From a virus, in the IMG/VR virus record IMGVR_UViG_3300048917_000249, positions 1 through 47,747 of that record: DNA of 47,747 nt; one strand, given 5' to 3'. The translations under genes were made by a program, and so were the position numbers. Positions 16,917 to 24,461 of this stretch are shown piece after piece. Positions within the stretch are counted from its first letter, which is position 1, and the number at the start of each line of letters is the position of its first letter. A model generated the notes under the pieces. It saw only the letters and a program-made list of their open reading frames with translations. It was not told where the DNA came from and ran no database searches.

Positions 16917-17228
16917 ATGGCCGTCAAATTATCTGTGAGAGAAAGCGCGATCGAGCGCGAACTGGTGGCGCGGGTGCAGGCGATGGGCGGGCGCTGCGAC
17001 AAGGTGCGGGTGATCGGCCGGCGCGGTTTCTTCGATCGCCTGGTGGTGCTGCCGGGTGGGGTGGTCAAGTTCGTCGAACTCAAACGACCGCGCGGCGGTA
17101 GGCTGTCGGAGCACCAGCGGCAGTGGGCTGAGAGCTACCGCCTACTAGGGCTAGTGGTTGCGCTGGTGATCTGCTCGGAAGATATTGACGCGCTGCTGGC
17201 GCAAGCGGAAGGCCGGCAGGGGTATTAG
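16917..17228 (+). CDS. VRR-NUC domain nuclease
   Basis: ESAIERELV...GRRGFFDRLVVLPGGVVKFVELKRPRGGRLSEHQRQW matches the VRR-NUC pattern. Confidence 0.75.
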   Translation: MAVKLSVRESAIERELVARVQAMGGRCDKVRVIGRRGFFDRLVVLPGGVVKFVELKRPRGGRLSEHQRQWAESYRLLGLVVALVICSEDIDALLAQAEGRQGY

Positions 17229-17283
17229 CCCTACCGGCCCCCATGTCCGCTATTCCTATCCCACCACAGAAGAGGAACAACAG

Positions 17284-19908
17284 ATGACGAATAACGATAA
17301 AAAACCGCCGCGGCAATACCTGGTCACGGTCACGTTCTTTGACAATTACGCGGCGAAAACCAAGCGGGAAGAGCAGCTTACGCTGCCCAATCTGGCAATT
17401 ACGATCCAGAACGAGAACCGGATCGAGAAAAACCGGCTCCCTTGGTTGAAGCTGGCGGTGTTCGGCGAGGTCAAGACCGCCAAGGGCTCGCTGCGCCACG
17501 ACGCCAATATGCAGCTGATCAGCGGCGTCGAGGTCGAGCACGACTCCGGCCGGATGAGCTTCGACCAGGCGGTGCAGCTGCTGCAGGCCGCGGATATCTA
17601 CTGCCTGATCTACACATCACCATCACATCTGGTGGCCAACGAGGACGGCGTCGCGGTCGAGAAGTGGCGGGTGCTGGCGCCGACCTCGGAGCTGCTGCCG
17701 GTGGCCGATCGATACAAGCTGGCGGCCCGTATCAACGGCGTGCTGGAAGGCGTTGCCACGGCCGAATCGTTCACGCTGTCGCAGTCGTATTATTTTGGCA
17801 GCGTGAAGCACAATCCGGCGCATTTCGCGCAGGTCATCGACGGCGAATACTTCGTCGATTGCTGCGACGACCTCGACGCCGGCGCGATCGGGGCGCCGGT
17901 CAAGGTGAAGGGTAAGGCCAAAGCGTCACCCCAAACCGGACCGGAGATGGCGCCGAGTCACACCGAAGCGGCCCTGGATGAATTTGTTCGCACCGCCAAT
18001 GATATCAACGCCCACGGCGATCGGCAGTGGCATAACAACATGCGCTCGGTCGTGGCTTCGATGGTGAAGAAGTTCAAGACCGACGCCGAAATCTACGAGA
18101 GATGTGCGCCGGCGTGCCGCGAAGGTTATGGCGACAAGGATGTGAAGAAGCTGATCGACACAGCGCGGGTGAAATACGAAATAACCGATCCCGAAACCAG
18201 CTCGAATGAGTTTATAAAACTGCTCGGTGAGTTCACAGAAGAGGTTGCAGCAAGCGGCGAAGAGCCACTGAAAGGCTGGAAGCAACGCAAGCCGGTGATC
18301 CGCTACGGCAAGCTCGCCGACATGGTCGACGCCGCGGCGCGGACGCTTATCGCAGCAGATGTGCCGTTTTACCAGCGCGGCGGCATGTTGGTGCGTCCGG
18401 TGGTGATGGACCTGAAGACCTTCAACGATGGGCCGACGTTCTCGGCGCAGCTGGTCGTGGTCGACGTGCATTACATGGCGGACACGCTGTCGCGGCACGC
18501 CGACTGGGTTAAATTCAACAAAACCGAGGGTAAATGGGTGCCGGCCAACCCGCCTACGGCGGTGTGCCTGGCATTGCTGGCGAAGTTCGGCGACTGGCCG
18601 TTTCGCGTGCTCGCCGGTATCATCACCACACAGACATTACGGCCGGACGGCAGTATTTTATCAGAAGCCGGCTACGACCCAGCCACGCAATTGCTACTGA
18701 TCAACCCGCCGGCGATGCGGCCGATCGCAGAACATCCCACTGTGGTGGATGCCGAAGCGGCGCTGGATGTTTTATGTGAGTTGCTGGAGGAATTCCCCTT
18801 CACCGACAACGACGAGCTGCTGAGCACATCGCGCGCAGTGGGGTTGTCGGCGATCATATCGACGGTGTGCCGTGGCGCTTATCCAGTGGTGCCAATGCAC
18901 GTGGTCGACGCGCCGGCCGCCGGCACTGGCAAGTCCTACCTATTGTCGACGGTGGGCTGGATCTCAACCGGCCAAGCGATGCCGGTGATATCGGCCGGCA
19001 AGACCGTCGAAGAAACCGAGAAGCGGCTCGGCGCTGCCGTGATCGCCGGGCAGTCGTTGATCTGCATCGACAATGTCGAGGGTGAGCTTGGCGGCGACGC
19101 GCTCTGTCAATTGATCGAGCAAGTGCGGCCGAGTGTTCGCATTCTCGGGCAGTCCAAGCTGATCGAGGTCGATGGCCGATCGATGTGTTTTTTCGCCAAC
19201 GGCAATAACATCAGCCTGGTCGGCGATATCTATCGGCGCGTTGTGACCTGCCGGCTCGATGCCGGTGTCGATCGGCCGGAGAAGCGGCAGTTTAAGAAGA
19301 ACCCGAAGGCGATCATCCTGGCCAACCGCGGGCACTACGTGGCGGCCTGCCTGACCATCTGCCGGGCCTATCTGGCGGCCGGACAGCCGGGCAGGTGTCC
19401 ACAAATCGGCTCCTTTAATGAATGGTCGAACCTGGTGCGCTCGGCCCTGGTCTGGCTCGGCGAGGCTGACTGCGTCGACACCATGGACAACGCGCGGGCA
19501 GACGATCCGCACCGGCTGGCACAGCAAGCCCTGCTGGCGCAGTGGCGGGACACCTTCGGTGGGCGCGGCATGCTGCTGAAGGATGTGATCGCCAAGTGCA
19601 ACGAGACGATCGCCGGCGCCGACTTCGATCGGCTCGGCGAGCGGGCCGGCATGCGGCACACCTACGAAGAGCTCAGGCAGGCTGTGATCTCAACCAACCC
19701 GGAGGCGCATCGCCGGGTCATCGATCCGCATGCGCTGGGGCAAAAGATGCGGGCGTACAAGGACCAATGGGTCGGCGGAATGCGCTTCACGAAGGCAGAA
19801 CGCAACCAAGAAATTCTTTGGTATGCGGAAATCAAAGGTGAAAGACCGGAAATCAAGTACAAGCCGGTAAAGGGTAAAAGTAAAATATCCAATGAAATCA
19901 ATGGGTGA
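17284..19908 (+). CDS. primase-helicase (N-terminal primase-like region plus P-loop SF3/VirE-D5-like NTPase)
   Basis: ATG 17284 is preceded by gaagaggaacaacag. Walker A is DAPAAGTGKSY and Walker B-like is SLICIDNVEGE. The protein is 874 aa. Confidence 0.75.
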   Translation: MTNNDKKPPRQYLVTVTFFDNYAAKTKREEQLTLPNLAITIQNENRIEKNRLPWLKLAVFGEVKTAKGSLRHDANMQLISGVEVEHDSGRMSFDQAVQLLQAADIYCLIYTSPSHLVANEDGVAVEKWRVLAPTSELLPVADRYKLAARINGVLEGVATAESFTLSQSYYFGSVKHNPAHFAQVIDGEYFVDCCDDLDAGAIGAPVKVKGKAKASPQTGPEMAPSHTEAALDEFVRTANDINAHGDRQWHNNMRSVVASMVKKFKTDAEIYERCAPACREGYGDKDVKKLIDTARVKYEITDPETSSNEFIKLLGEFTEEVAASGEEPLKGWKQRKPVIRYGKLADMVDAAARTLIAADVPFYQRGGMLVRPVVMDLKTFNDGPTFSAQLVVVDVHYMADTLSRHADWVKFNKTEGKWVPANPPTAVCLALLAKFGDWPFRVLAGIITTQTLRPDGSILSEAGYDPATQLLLINPPAMRPIAEHPTVVDAEAALDVLCELLEEFPFTDNDELLSTSRAVGLSAIISTVCRGAYPVVPMHVVDAPAAGTGKSYLLSTVGWISTGQAMPVISAGKTVEETEKRLGAAVIAGQSLICIDNVEGELGGDALCQLIEQVRPSVRILGQSKLIEVDGRSMCFFANGNNISLVGDIYRRVVTCRLDAGVDRPEKRQFKKNPKAIILANRGHYVAACLTICRAYLAAGQPGRCPQIGSFNEWSNLVRSALVWLGEADCVDTMDNARADDPHRLAQQALLAQWRDTFGGRGMLLKDVIAKCNETIAGADFDRLGERAGMRHTYEELRQAVISTNPEAHRRVIDPHALGQKMRAYKDQWVGGMRFTKAERNQEILWYAEIKGERPEIKYKPVKGKSKISNEING

Positions 19909-19917
19909 AAATGGATA

Positions 19918-20126
19918 TACCCTCACGTACCCTCAGTCCCAGCCCCTGGAACATGATTCTATGTTCTCGTTTATGGTATGTGATGAGAACGAGAATCGCC
20001 CCCGCGTGACCTAGAATGAGGGTACGAGAGGGTACAGAGCAAAAATGGCATTGATATCGTTGAACAATCCCCCTGTGCCCTTCGAAATCTGTTCTATTTT
20101 GTTCACACATGTTCCGTTTTGTTCAC
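19918..20126. promoter_or_regulatory. repeat-dense ori/operator-like spacer
   Basis: TACCCTC at 19918 and 19928 faces GAGGGTA at 20018 and 20028. An inner imperfect inverted repeat spans 19955-19997. GTTC occurs at 20091, 20101, 20111 and 20121 with a 10-bp phase. Confidence 0.55.
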
Positions 20127-20141
20127 GGTAGAGAGGAATAT

Positions 20142-20402
20142 ATGGCTAGAGTGACTGCGGATGCGGTTGAGATACAGATCGTCAACGAAAACGGGATCAC
20201 GGTGGATGGGCTGGAGGTGACCTGCGCCAAGTGTGGGCACACGGTCGAGGTGTATGGCACTCACCAGCAATCGGCGAAGCGCGGCGGTGTGATGCTGTCC
20301 GAGGACTGTCTTGAGAATGAGCGCAATTTTTATGTGGTCTACGGCGTCGACCTCGATCGGGATGACGAACCCGACGAGGACGACGACGAGGATGATGACT
20401 AG
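20142..20402 (+). CDS. hypothetical protein with a Cys pair and a poly-acidic tail (86 aa)
   Basis: ATG 20142 is preceded by GAGAGGAatat. The C-terminus is DRDDEPDEDDDEDDD. Confidence 0.6.
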   Translation: MARVTADAVEIQIVNENGITVDGLEVTCAKCGHTVEVYGTHQQSAKRGGVMLSEDCLENERNFYVVYGVDLDRDDEPDEDDDEDDD

Positions 20403-20773
20403 TGGTGCTCTTCGGGGATGCCGTGTTTTTCGTACATGTCCATGAGCTTGGCCACGACTACCGGCACTGCGGATGTGCCGTTGCTCATGCGGTAGATGGT
20501 CGAGCGACCCATGCCCAATAGCCGGTGCGCGGTCGAGACGTTGTAGCCCAGCCTGGCCAACCCCTGGACAAAGCGTTCCTTGGTCATGGCGGGGCTTCCG
20601 CCCCTGGGGGGTGCGCCAGAATTTGCCACGGAATTATCCGGCTCGGGTTCAGGCTGGTGCCGGCCTTGCAATAGCCGGTGGATCCGCGTGGCTTCGCCAG
20701 GTTGGATTTTTGGGCCGTGTCTGGATGCGGATGAAATGGCCTTCTCTACGGCGGTTTTGTTGTATTCGGTCAT
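20399..20773 (-). CDS. HTH DNA-binding protein (124 aa)
   Basis: The C-terminal LARLGYNVSTAHRLLGMGRSTIYRMSNGTSAVPVVVAKLM aligns with the 5204..5395 protein. Confidence 0.65.
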   Translation of the reverse strand: MTEYNKTAVEKAISSASRHGPKIQPGEATRIHRLLQGRHQPEPEPDNSVANSGAPPRGGSPAMTKERFVQGLARLGYNVSTAHRLLGMGRSTIYRMSNGTSAVPVVVAKLMDMYEKHGIPEEHH

Positions 20774-20831
20774 GTTACGGGTTCCTGTTTTTCAAGATCA
20801 CGATCTGTTCTGGTCGCGCGCGGGTGCGCGG

Positions 20832-20863
20832 AAGCCCTCGGCGCGTCGCCGCGCCGAGGGCTT
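20832..20863. terminator. perfect 14-bp GC-rich hairpin (bidirectional terminator-like)
   Basis: aagccctcggcgcg-tcgc-cgcgccgagggctt, followed by tgatttgg on the plus strand. It lies between two minus-strand genes. Confidence 0.4.
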
Positions 20864-20886
20864 TGATTTGGTGCTGTGCTGCGGCG

Positions 20887-21186
20887 CTACCATACGCCGA
20901 GACGTTCGAGGGCTTCACGGTCGCGTTGCGCCATGATCTGGTATTCGCGCGGCAACGATTCGAAGTGCGCCTTTACCTCTTCAAACAACGCGCGTTGCTC
21001 CGCGGTCATGAATAGGATGGCGCCGATTGATACTTGGTAGGGATTGCACACCATCATGGCGCCCTGCCACGCGGCCGCGGCCGCGGTCTCCGACCGCGGG
21101 CATCGTGCGAGCAACTGCCCGCGGTTTTTTCCCTTGGTGGCATAGGCGCCGGCCAAGGCTGTCTTTGCATTTGCTGATAGGGTCAT
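20887..21186 (-). CDS. hypothetical protein (99 aa)
   Basis: Track ORF. Confidence 0.6.
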   Translation of the reverse strand: MTLSANAKTALAGAYATKGKNRGQLLARCPRSETAAAAAWQGAMMVCNPYQVSIGAILFMTAEQRALFEEVKAHFESLPREYQIMAQRDREALERLGVW

Positions 21187-21211
21187 GGTCTGGTCTTTCC
21201 TGTTAGGTGTT

Positions 21212-21499
21212 TTAGTAATCGAGGCCGGCGGCTTTTAATCGTGCGGCATAGCGGGATAGGGCATTGCCCAAACGGATCAGCGTTGCGGTGTTCCATTCGG
21301 CCGCTATTTCATATTCATACTGTGATTTGTCAGAGCCGAATGGCGATTGTCTGAATTGCCATTGCGGTGGCACTAGGTCAGGCGCCTTGTCGGTCAATGC
21401 ATCTGCCACAGCGAACAACCACGCCATGGTAGAGCCCCACGCATCACCGGAATCGAAGTTTAGCCGTATCTCGGCGAAAGCTTGTTTCGTATCTGACAT
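21212..21499 (-). CDS. hypothetical protein (95 aa)
   Basis: ATG 21499 (MSDTKQ...) is preceded by AAAAGGAAacgaac. Confidence 0.6.
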   Translation of the reverse strand: MSDTKQAFAEIRLNFDSGDAWGSTMAWLFAVADALTDKAPDLVPPQWQFRQSPFGSDKSQYEYEIAAEWNTATLIRLGNALSRYAARLKAAGLDY

Positions 21500-21527
21500 G
21501 TTCGTTTCCTTTTCTGTTATCGGCATG

Positions 21528-21575
21528 ATTGCCGCTTATGCCCCGCGGTAAACCGCGGGGCATAGACTGCAATCA
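21528..21575 (-). repeat. conserved hairpin repeat, copy 1
   Basis: attgccgcttatgcc-ccgcgg-taaa-ccgcgg-ggcatagactgcaatca, with an 11-bp stem. The flanks are shared with 22064..22109. Confidence 0.85.
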
Positions 21576-21589
21576 GAATCCAACCAGCG

Positions 21590-22024
21590 TCATGCTGCGA
21601 TTTCCCAACGGCGGCTGAAATCGCGCAACCACTTCCTTTGTTCGTCGGTCAGGCTTTCATCGAAAAAATGTTCGTCGGCAGAGCCAAGGCTGAGTCCCTG
21701 CGCCTTATTCCATTCCGCATACTCATCGATGAGGCAATTGATTGCCTTGTCATCCGCATAACCAGCGGACATCGCGAAATCGAAAAGCTTGCGCTCAAGG
21801 GATTCCAGATCGTCAGAAATCCACTCGCGGCGATCAAGAATAAGGTGCCACTTACCCTTGGCGCGGGCTGCATCCGGCCAATGATCCTGCACTTCATCGA
21901 TGTATAGAATGCCAAGGTACAGATTGCCTTTGGCATTCGGCTCACCTTCCCATTGGGCGTCAGACAGAACCTTGCCAAGGTCGGTGCAGTATCGGCGCGT
22001 TGCTTGGAATTGCTCGAAGTTCAT
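21590..22024 (-). CDS. hypothetical protein (144 aa), single-gene cassette between the two hairpin repeats
   Basis: ATG 22024 (MNFEQFQ...) is preceded by GGAGAGaccaaa. The DNA is AT-richer. Confidence 0.65.
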   Translation of the reverse strand: MNFEQFQATRRYCTDLGKVLSDAQWEGEPNAKGNLYLGILYIDEVQDHWPDAARAKGKWHLILDRREWISDDLESLERKLFDFAMSAGYADDKAINCLIDEYAEWNKAQGLSLGSADEHFFDESLTDEQRKWLRDFSRRWEIAA

Positions 22025-22063
22025 TTTGGTCTCTCCATCAGCGGGCAGGATTGCCCCTACACT

Positions 22064-22109
22064 ATTGCCGCTTATGCCGCGGGCAATGCCGCGGCATAGA
22101 CTGCAATCA
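22064..22109 (-). repeat. conserved hairpin repeat, copy 2
   Basis: attgccgcttatgccgcgg-gcaatg-ccgcggcatagactgcaatca, with a 9-bp stem. Confidence 0.85.
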
Positions 22110-22913
22110 CCCGACAACGAATCCGCTTTGGTCTTGTTTGCCTTTGCCTTTCGCGTAAAGCGCAACGGCACTGGCCACGGGGTCAATGTGACGGACGTCC
22201 GTGTCATCCCCGTCGACGATCGGCAATCCCATGAATGAATCGCCGCGTGCAAGCATGCCTTCAACGGCCGATCGTGTACGGAACACAACAGCCAAGCGCA
22301 TGTTAGCGGCGATTGCCAATTGCACTTGTTTCTGGAATTCAGGCACGCCCGAATAAGAGAACGTCAAATCATAGTTTGATGGTACGTTTTTGCGATTGGA
22401 TAGTTTCGTGTAGTCATAAAATTGCACCGCGGGATAGGCTTGGATAATTCCATAATTCTCCCAGCGTAAATCGGACGTTCCGTTCAAGCGCACCAACAAA
22501 ACATAACCGTTTTTTGCCGCGTGCTTTTCAAAGCATCGCACTTCGTCTTTGATCATGGCGATAGCTTCGGAACGGAATTGAAGGAAAAACAATGTTTTGC
22601 GAAGGCGCGCAAATTGCACTGTGGCCATGGCGCCGCGGCCGCTTGTGTTCAGGCAGGGTTCCCAACATTTGGCCAGATCAGCGTTAGCGCACACATTGAC
22701 GCCCGACATAGTGAAAGGCGCCAAATAGAGAATCGCGGTCCTGAAACCTAACTTATTCCCTTTGATCACTTTCGTTGAGCCGTCGAGGCGCAACATGGCG
22801 GAAGGCTTTTTGCTGAACCAACGCAAAAGCTTTTTTGAGCTTAGGATTTGTTCGCGCGTATCGGGAGCAAGCTTGCTTAGATCGTATATGATCGTCTCGG
22901 CTGAATACTTCAT
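22107..22913 (-). CDS. GP88-family-like phage protein (function unknown)
   Basis: STKVIKGNKLGFRTAILYLAPFTMSGVNVCANADLAKCWEPCLNTSGRG...ARLRKTLFF resembles the GP88 (PF17338) N-terminal pattern as I recall it. Confidence 0.55.
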   Translation of the reverse strand: MKYSAETIIYDLSKLAPDTREQILSSKKLLRWFSKKPSAMLRLDGSTKVIKGNKLGFRTAILYLAPFTMSGVNVCANADLAKCWEPCLNTSGRGAMATVQFARLRKTLFFLQFRSEAIAMIKDEVRCFEKHAAKNGYVLLVRLNGTSDLRWENYGIIQAYPAVQFYDYTKLSNRKNVPSNYDLTFSYSGVPEFQKQVQLAIAANMRLAVVFRTRSAVEGMLARGDSFMGLPIVDGDDTDVRHIDPVASAVALYAKGKGKQDQSGFVVG

Positions 22914-22976
22914 GGGTCGGTGTCCTGTTGTGTTCGTTTCAGTGATTGCATATTGTCCCGATAGGGACAGGAGTCA

Positions 22977-23303
22977 ATGGTCTTGTCAGATAATTTGAAA
23001 AATAATTCAAAGCCCCAATGGGGCAATGCCGCGTGGCGTGCGGCCATGGCAAAGCATGCGATAAAACCGGGATATGCGAATAGGCGCCGTTGCATTGCCA
23101 TTGCGCGCCACAGCGGAAAGCATTGTGGGCAGCTAGCGATGACGGGCGTTAGTGTTTGCAGATGGCATGGCGGTTATATGTTGCAAGCCACAAAGCGTAT
23201 CAGGGAGGCAAAGCGCAATGCAGAGCAAGCCCCGCTTAATCGAAGCGGCCGACAAGCCAGGCGCCGATTTAAACGCGCCAGTGACGATCCAAGCCACTCT
23301 TAA
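22977..23303 (+). CDS. hypothetical protein with a C-x-C...C-x-x-HGG zinc-ribbon-like motif
   Basis: ATG 22977 is preceded by AGGAGtca. The motif is RHSGKHCGQLAMTGVSVCRWHGG. The Arg-rich 3' tail overlaps the next ORF by 86 nt. Confidence 0.5.
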   Translation: MVLSDNLKNNSKPQWGNAAWRAAMAKHAIKPGYANRRRCIAIARHSGKHCGQLAMTGVSVCRWHGGYMLQATKRIREAKRNAEQAPLNRSGRQARRRFKRASDDPSHS

Positions 23304-23487
23304 GGATATCGTTAGAGAGGCGCTGCTAGGGCTGCTAAGCGACCCAGAGGCTAGCGCGGCCGCGAAAGCCAGCGCCGGCCGCACGCTACTCGAGTATTTT
23401 AGTGAAGAGAATCAAGGGGTTAATAAGCGCGGCGCGGAAATGACCGCGGCCGAATTGAACGACGCTATCGAACGGTTCAAGCGTTAG
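23218..23487 (+). CDS. hypothetical protein (89 aa); weak candidate for a DNA-binding or small-terminase-like protein
   Basis: ATG 23218 is preceded by GGGAGGcaaagcgca. AAAKASAGRTLLEYF recalls a helix seen in some small terminases. This is a weak call. Confidence 0.5.
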   Translation: MQSKPRLIEAADKPGADLNAPVTIQATLKDIVREALLGLLSDPEASAAAKASAGRTLLEYFSEENQGVNKRGAEMTAAELNDAIERFKR

Positions 23488-23523
23488 CCGCGTGCGATTC
23501 GGCGTGCGAGTCGGCGAATTATC

Positions 23524-23586
23524 CAATGATATCAAGGGAAACCTCCTCATTAAAAAAGAGGAGGCGCGGCCGCGTTGATATCATTG
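23524..23586. repeat. nested inverted repeat (12-bp outer arms, 7-bp inner stem)
   Basis: caatgatatcaa ... cctcctc-attaaaaaa-gaggagg-cgcggccgcg-ttgatatcattg. Confidence 0.9.
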
Positions 23587-23676
23587 AGTAATAAATAGCT
23601 CAACGATGTCAAGGACTTAGCATATCGCCCCCTGGCGGGGTCGGGTTGAGGGGCGGTCCGCGCCCGCAATGCAGCG

Positions 23677-23798
23677 TGGCAAAATTTTTACAGTTTGAAG
23701 CTACCCGCGGCAGCGTTGGCAGAATTTTTACAGTTTGAAGCTACCCGCGGCAGCTATCGTTAGTAAAATTTTTACGGTTTGAAGCTATCCGCGGCATG
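23677..23798 (+). repeat. three direct ~38-bp repeats (periods of 40 and 44 bp)
   Basis: tggcaRaatttttacagtttgaagctacccgcggcagc occurs twice (23677-23714 and 23717-23754). The diverged third copy tagtaaaatttttacggtttgaagctatccgcggcatg lies at 23761-23798. Confidence 0.95.
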
Positions 23799-23833
23799 GT
23801 AATCCGCGTTTAAAATTCTTCTCTCCGTTTACC

Positions 23834-23854
23834 ATACCCCTACGGGGTATTTTT
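23834..23854 (+). terminator. short plus-strand intrinsic terminator candidate
   Basis: atacccc-tac-ggggtat followed by tttt. It overlaps the 3' end of the convergent gene 23840..24406. Confidence 0.4.
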
Positions 23855-24406
23855 CGGCTCGTTTTTGTCCGCTTCTAATACCCCGTCTAAAGCGCGGATG
23901 AATTCTTCCACCCATCGATCTTCCACCCACACGCCAGTGATGCCCGACGCCACGCCGGCGGCGCGCAGCATTTCCTGTTTGCGCGACTCTGCGATCGGCA
24001 GCGGCTCCGCTGGCGGCTCTTTAAACACAACAGGAGTGTTCTCGACGATCTGGTGTTTGAACACATGTTGTGGTGACGCCATTGGGTCAACGACTGCGCC
24101 GCTGGCGCGATCGATGACGGCGTAGTTCTTCCACCAGCTCACCGGCTCGCGGTCGATCTTTGCATCGGATGGTATCTGCATCATGTGAACCCGCGACATG
24201 TCGCAGGCCTGTTCGTCGGAATTGATTTCGATCCGCCGCGCGCCGCGGCGCAGCAGCCGCCGGCCGCCTTCCGATATCGCCAGGTTGCCCCAGTCGTCGT
24301 AGGCCAAGCCGGCGTCCAGCAATTCGCGAGCGGTTGAGTGCATGGTGTTGAAGCGCGCGCCGTCTTCCAGGCTGCGCAGCGCGTGCATTGCGTCGGCCGA
24401 TAGCAT
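23840..24406 (-). CDS. hypothetical protein (188 aa), a lone minus-strand gene
   Basis: Track ORF 23840..24421. ATG 24406 is preferred because AAGGAAccaac precedes it. Confidence 0.65.
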   Translation of the reverse strand: MLSADAMHALRSLEDGARFNTMHSTARELLDAGLAYDDWGNLAISEGGRRLLRRGARRIEINSDEQACDMSRVHMMQIPSDAKIDREPVSWWKNYAVIDRASGAVVDPMASPQHVFKHQIVENTPVVFKEPPAEPLPIAESRKQEMLRAAGVASGITGVWVEDRWVEEFIRALDGVLEADKNEPKNTP

Positions 24407-24461
24407 GTTGGTTCCTTTCATGCGATAAAGCCCAAGGCCAATAGCTTAGAGGCAACGTATC

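Noticed and set aside
19898-20110. 70-aa minus-strand ORF inside the spacer after the primase-helicase gene
   Set aside because: It has no RBS, it spans the inverted and direct repeat arrays, and its sequence has no protein-like features. The region is better explained as regulatory or ori DNA.
20091-20126. A canonical alphaproteobacterial LexA (SOS) box
   Set aside because: The known box is GTTC-N7-GTTC, but here every spacing is N6 (10-bp phase). It is kept only as a resemblance within the ori/operator finding.
22910-23101. 63-aa minus-strand ORF overlapping the start of 22977..23303
   Set aside because: It has no RBS and is antisense to a better-supported gene with an AGGAG RBS. It would also occupy the divergent promoter spacer.
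23677-23798. Possible CRISPR array, because of three direct repeats
   Set aside because: The gaps between repeats are only 2-6 bp, there are only three units, the third is diverged, and there are no cas genes. This is not CRISPR architecture.
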